A stretch of 64,000 bases of DNA, taken from NCBI GenBank assembly GCA_026025075.1, contig JAPEUI010000082.1, forward strand, positions 1 through 64,000, written 5' to 3'. A program made the position numbers and the translations under genes. Of this stretch, positions 62,111 through 64,000 are shown one piece after another (the stretch's first letter is position 1; every line of letters begins with the position of its first letter). This stretch comes from Vezdaea acicularis (taxonomy: Eukaryota). The notes below the pieces were generated by a model. It made no database searches, was not told the origin of the DNA, and was given only the letters and a program-made list of their open reading frames with translations.

Positions 62111-62295
62111 CCTGAAGATGCAAGAGCAATGTGATTTTCCCGACTAGTCAATCAACGTAAAATGATAACTTTTGGTCGTGGGCGCACTGATGCTATAAAG
62201 CGTTAATGGTCTGTGTTTGTTGTTATGCTGCCCTCTCGCCAAATTCGAGATCGGAACACCCTCGCGTGTAGAAGTGACGCCTTTAGTGCCGCGCG

Positions 62296-62303
62296 ATCAC
62301 GTG
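62296..62303. promoter_or_regulatory. E-box ATCACGTG in the BIR1/TAM41 divergent promoter
   Basis: RTCACGTG with adjacent CGCG elements in a ~380-bp bidirectional intergenic region. Confidence 0.35.
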
Positions 62304-62489
62304 TATTTCGCTTCTTCTCGAGATCTTAGTCAGCCGAACCTGCGAACGGGCGACTGCAATAGATCTTCTATTTGCTTCAATCATTGCAGACTTGCACCTC
62401 ATGGCTGGCTTTTCTATGCAATGCCAGCTACAAGCCGCTAGTTCATTGGGATAGTGTAATAGTAAGCGTTGTCAAGGGGCAGTCCGGGC

Positions 62490-64000
62490 ATGGCTTTGCG
62501 GCAGATTCCTGTAAGTCCCAAGCCGAAAATTCCCGAATTGAAGGCTCCTTAGTACAACTAACTAGCCAATCGATGAAAGCTTTCACGAGCATCAAGGAAA
62601 GCCATCAAGACTCAGTCCCTTCTGATAGTACGAGTTGGGTGGCAGTATCGATGGCGAATCCCTCTACCAGTTCAGAGATCTTTTGCGTCCCAAGCGTCGC
62701 AACGATCACAACAATCGAAACCTCCTACCAATAGTAATGCTCTCCTAGCACCAGCGCTGTAGGATCGAAAACTAATATCGCTACCTATTCAGCCTCTCTC
62801 CTCACCAGCTCGTCCTTGCCCCCAAAAGCTAGCTCTACGCCCCGTAATTGGGAGGATAACCCCAACTTCAACATCTCCACATTTTCAGAGCTACCACACT
62901 CAAATTTTGGCGTCAACCAGCATATGATCATCAACGATGAATTCAAAGAAGCACTGAGACAGATCTTATGGCAATTTCGCGCTCCTATCCGATATGCTTT
63001 CGCTTATGGCTCAGGGGTCTTCCCTCAAAGCTCTGGTCCTTCTTCTTCTAGCAAATCATCTATTCACCCGTCACCTAGCCCTGCCATTACAAAGGCACAA
63101 GCAGGAGGTGGGAAGATGATTGATTTCATATTTGGTGTTTCTTATACTCAGCATTGGCATTCACTTAACCTTCATCAACATCGCAGTCATTACTCTCTAC
63201 TAGGAAGCCTTGGATCCGCGGTTGTATCGAGAGTACAGGATCGTTATGGCGCTGGAGTATACTTTAACCCATACGTAACGGTCAACGGCACTCTCATCAA
63301 GTATGGTGTCGTCAATCTCGACACTCTTTGTAATGATCTAAGTACTTGGTCGACACTCTATATTGCTGGACGTCTCCAGAAACCAGTCAAGATACTTCGA
63401 GATGACCCTCGTGTAAGACTGGCCAACCAAATTAATCTGATATCAGCCCTGCGGACGGCTCTCTTACTCCTCCCACCTTCGTTTACAGAACGAGAGCTTT
63501 ACGGAACGATCGCAGGTATCAGCTACATGGGAGATCTTCGTATGTCTCTCCCAACTGAAAACCCTCATAAAGTTGCCAATATCGTCAGCCAGCAATTATC
63601 CAACTTCAGAAAGCTTTATGCTCCTCTTGTAGAAAATTTACCGAACGTCTCTTTCAAGGATCCTCGTTGTAATAACCCAGATTGGCATCAAGATCCCGAC
63701 ACGAACGCGACCCTTGCACAAGACATGGATCCCGTCAAACGTGGAAACATGGTCCGTCGCTTACCAAAGGCATTCCGTGAGAAGCTTTACTTTTTATATC
63801 AAGAGAAATTCCAGATCCCACAATTGGAGTTCAACAAGATGATGGAGGCGAGCAAGGACGAGGATGAGCAAGGTATCAAACGCCAACAGGGTGGAGAGTT
63901 TGAACAACGCATTGCGGGAGACAAGGATGGTCTAAGTAATAGTGTCCAAGGCGCAATCAAAAAAACCATCGGGTGGCCAAGTACGGCACAAAGTCTTAAA
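62490..64000 (+). CDS. TAM41: Mitochondrial phosphatidate cytidylyltransferase Tam41/Mmp37, 3'-truncated by the window; introns 62511-62579 and 62734-62792
   Basis: Missing from the ORF track. Translation gives FRAPIRYAFAYGSGVFPQ, MIDFIFGV..TQHWHSLNL.QH..HYS, GVYFNPYV.VNG.LIKYGVV, LY.AGRLQKPVKIL. Spliced N-terminus MALRQIP/LSRASRKAIK... looks like a mitochondrial presequence. Confidence 0.95.

Noticed and set aside
1..64000. CRISPR arrays, rRNA, tRNA, transposase or reverse transcriptase genes, secondary-metabolite cluster
   Set aside because: None of the diagnostic repeats or motifs were seen by eye. A tRNAscan-SE, Infernal and RepeatMasker run would be needed to exclude them formally.

Overview
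This is a gene-dense stretch of a filamentous ascomycete (Pezizomycotina-type) chromosome. The evidence is short GT-AG introns with CTRAC/CTAAT branch points and fungal-specific genes such as uaY, bli-3 and a SUN/GH132 protein. About 25 protein-coding genes were reconstructed by hand-splicing. Most are conserved housekeeping genes: BFR1, RPB5, a JMJD5-like JmjC protein, uaY, a Kelch membrane protein, INCENP, CNS1, an SS18-like protein, a DnaJ protein, SNU23, SPT3, DPH5, bli-3, an F-box protein, IST1, SUN, PPM1, BIR1 and TAM41 (truncated at the window end). Between about 15 and 29 kb the housekeeping run is interrupted by an accessory-looking island. It holds a ~310-bp TA-flanked fold-back (MITE-like) element, a tandem duplication (promoter included) of a secreted Thr-rich protein with a PAN/Apple-like Cys domain, a possible decayed gene, an orphan ~610-aa protein with GT-B glycosyltransferase-like motifs, and a ~400-nt non-coding segment with long stems and an H-type pseudoknot. 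Other oddities are a 346-nt SPT3 intron with a recurring TGCAAG motif, an in-frame retainable intron in the DnaJ gene, and an upstream in-frame ATG on bli-3. I found no tRNA, rRNA, CRISPR array or autonomous transposon. All family assignments come from motif recognition by eye; no searches were run.
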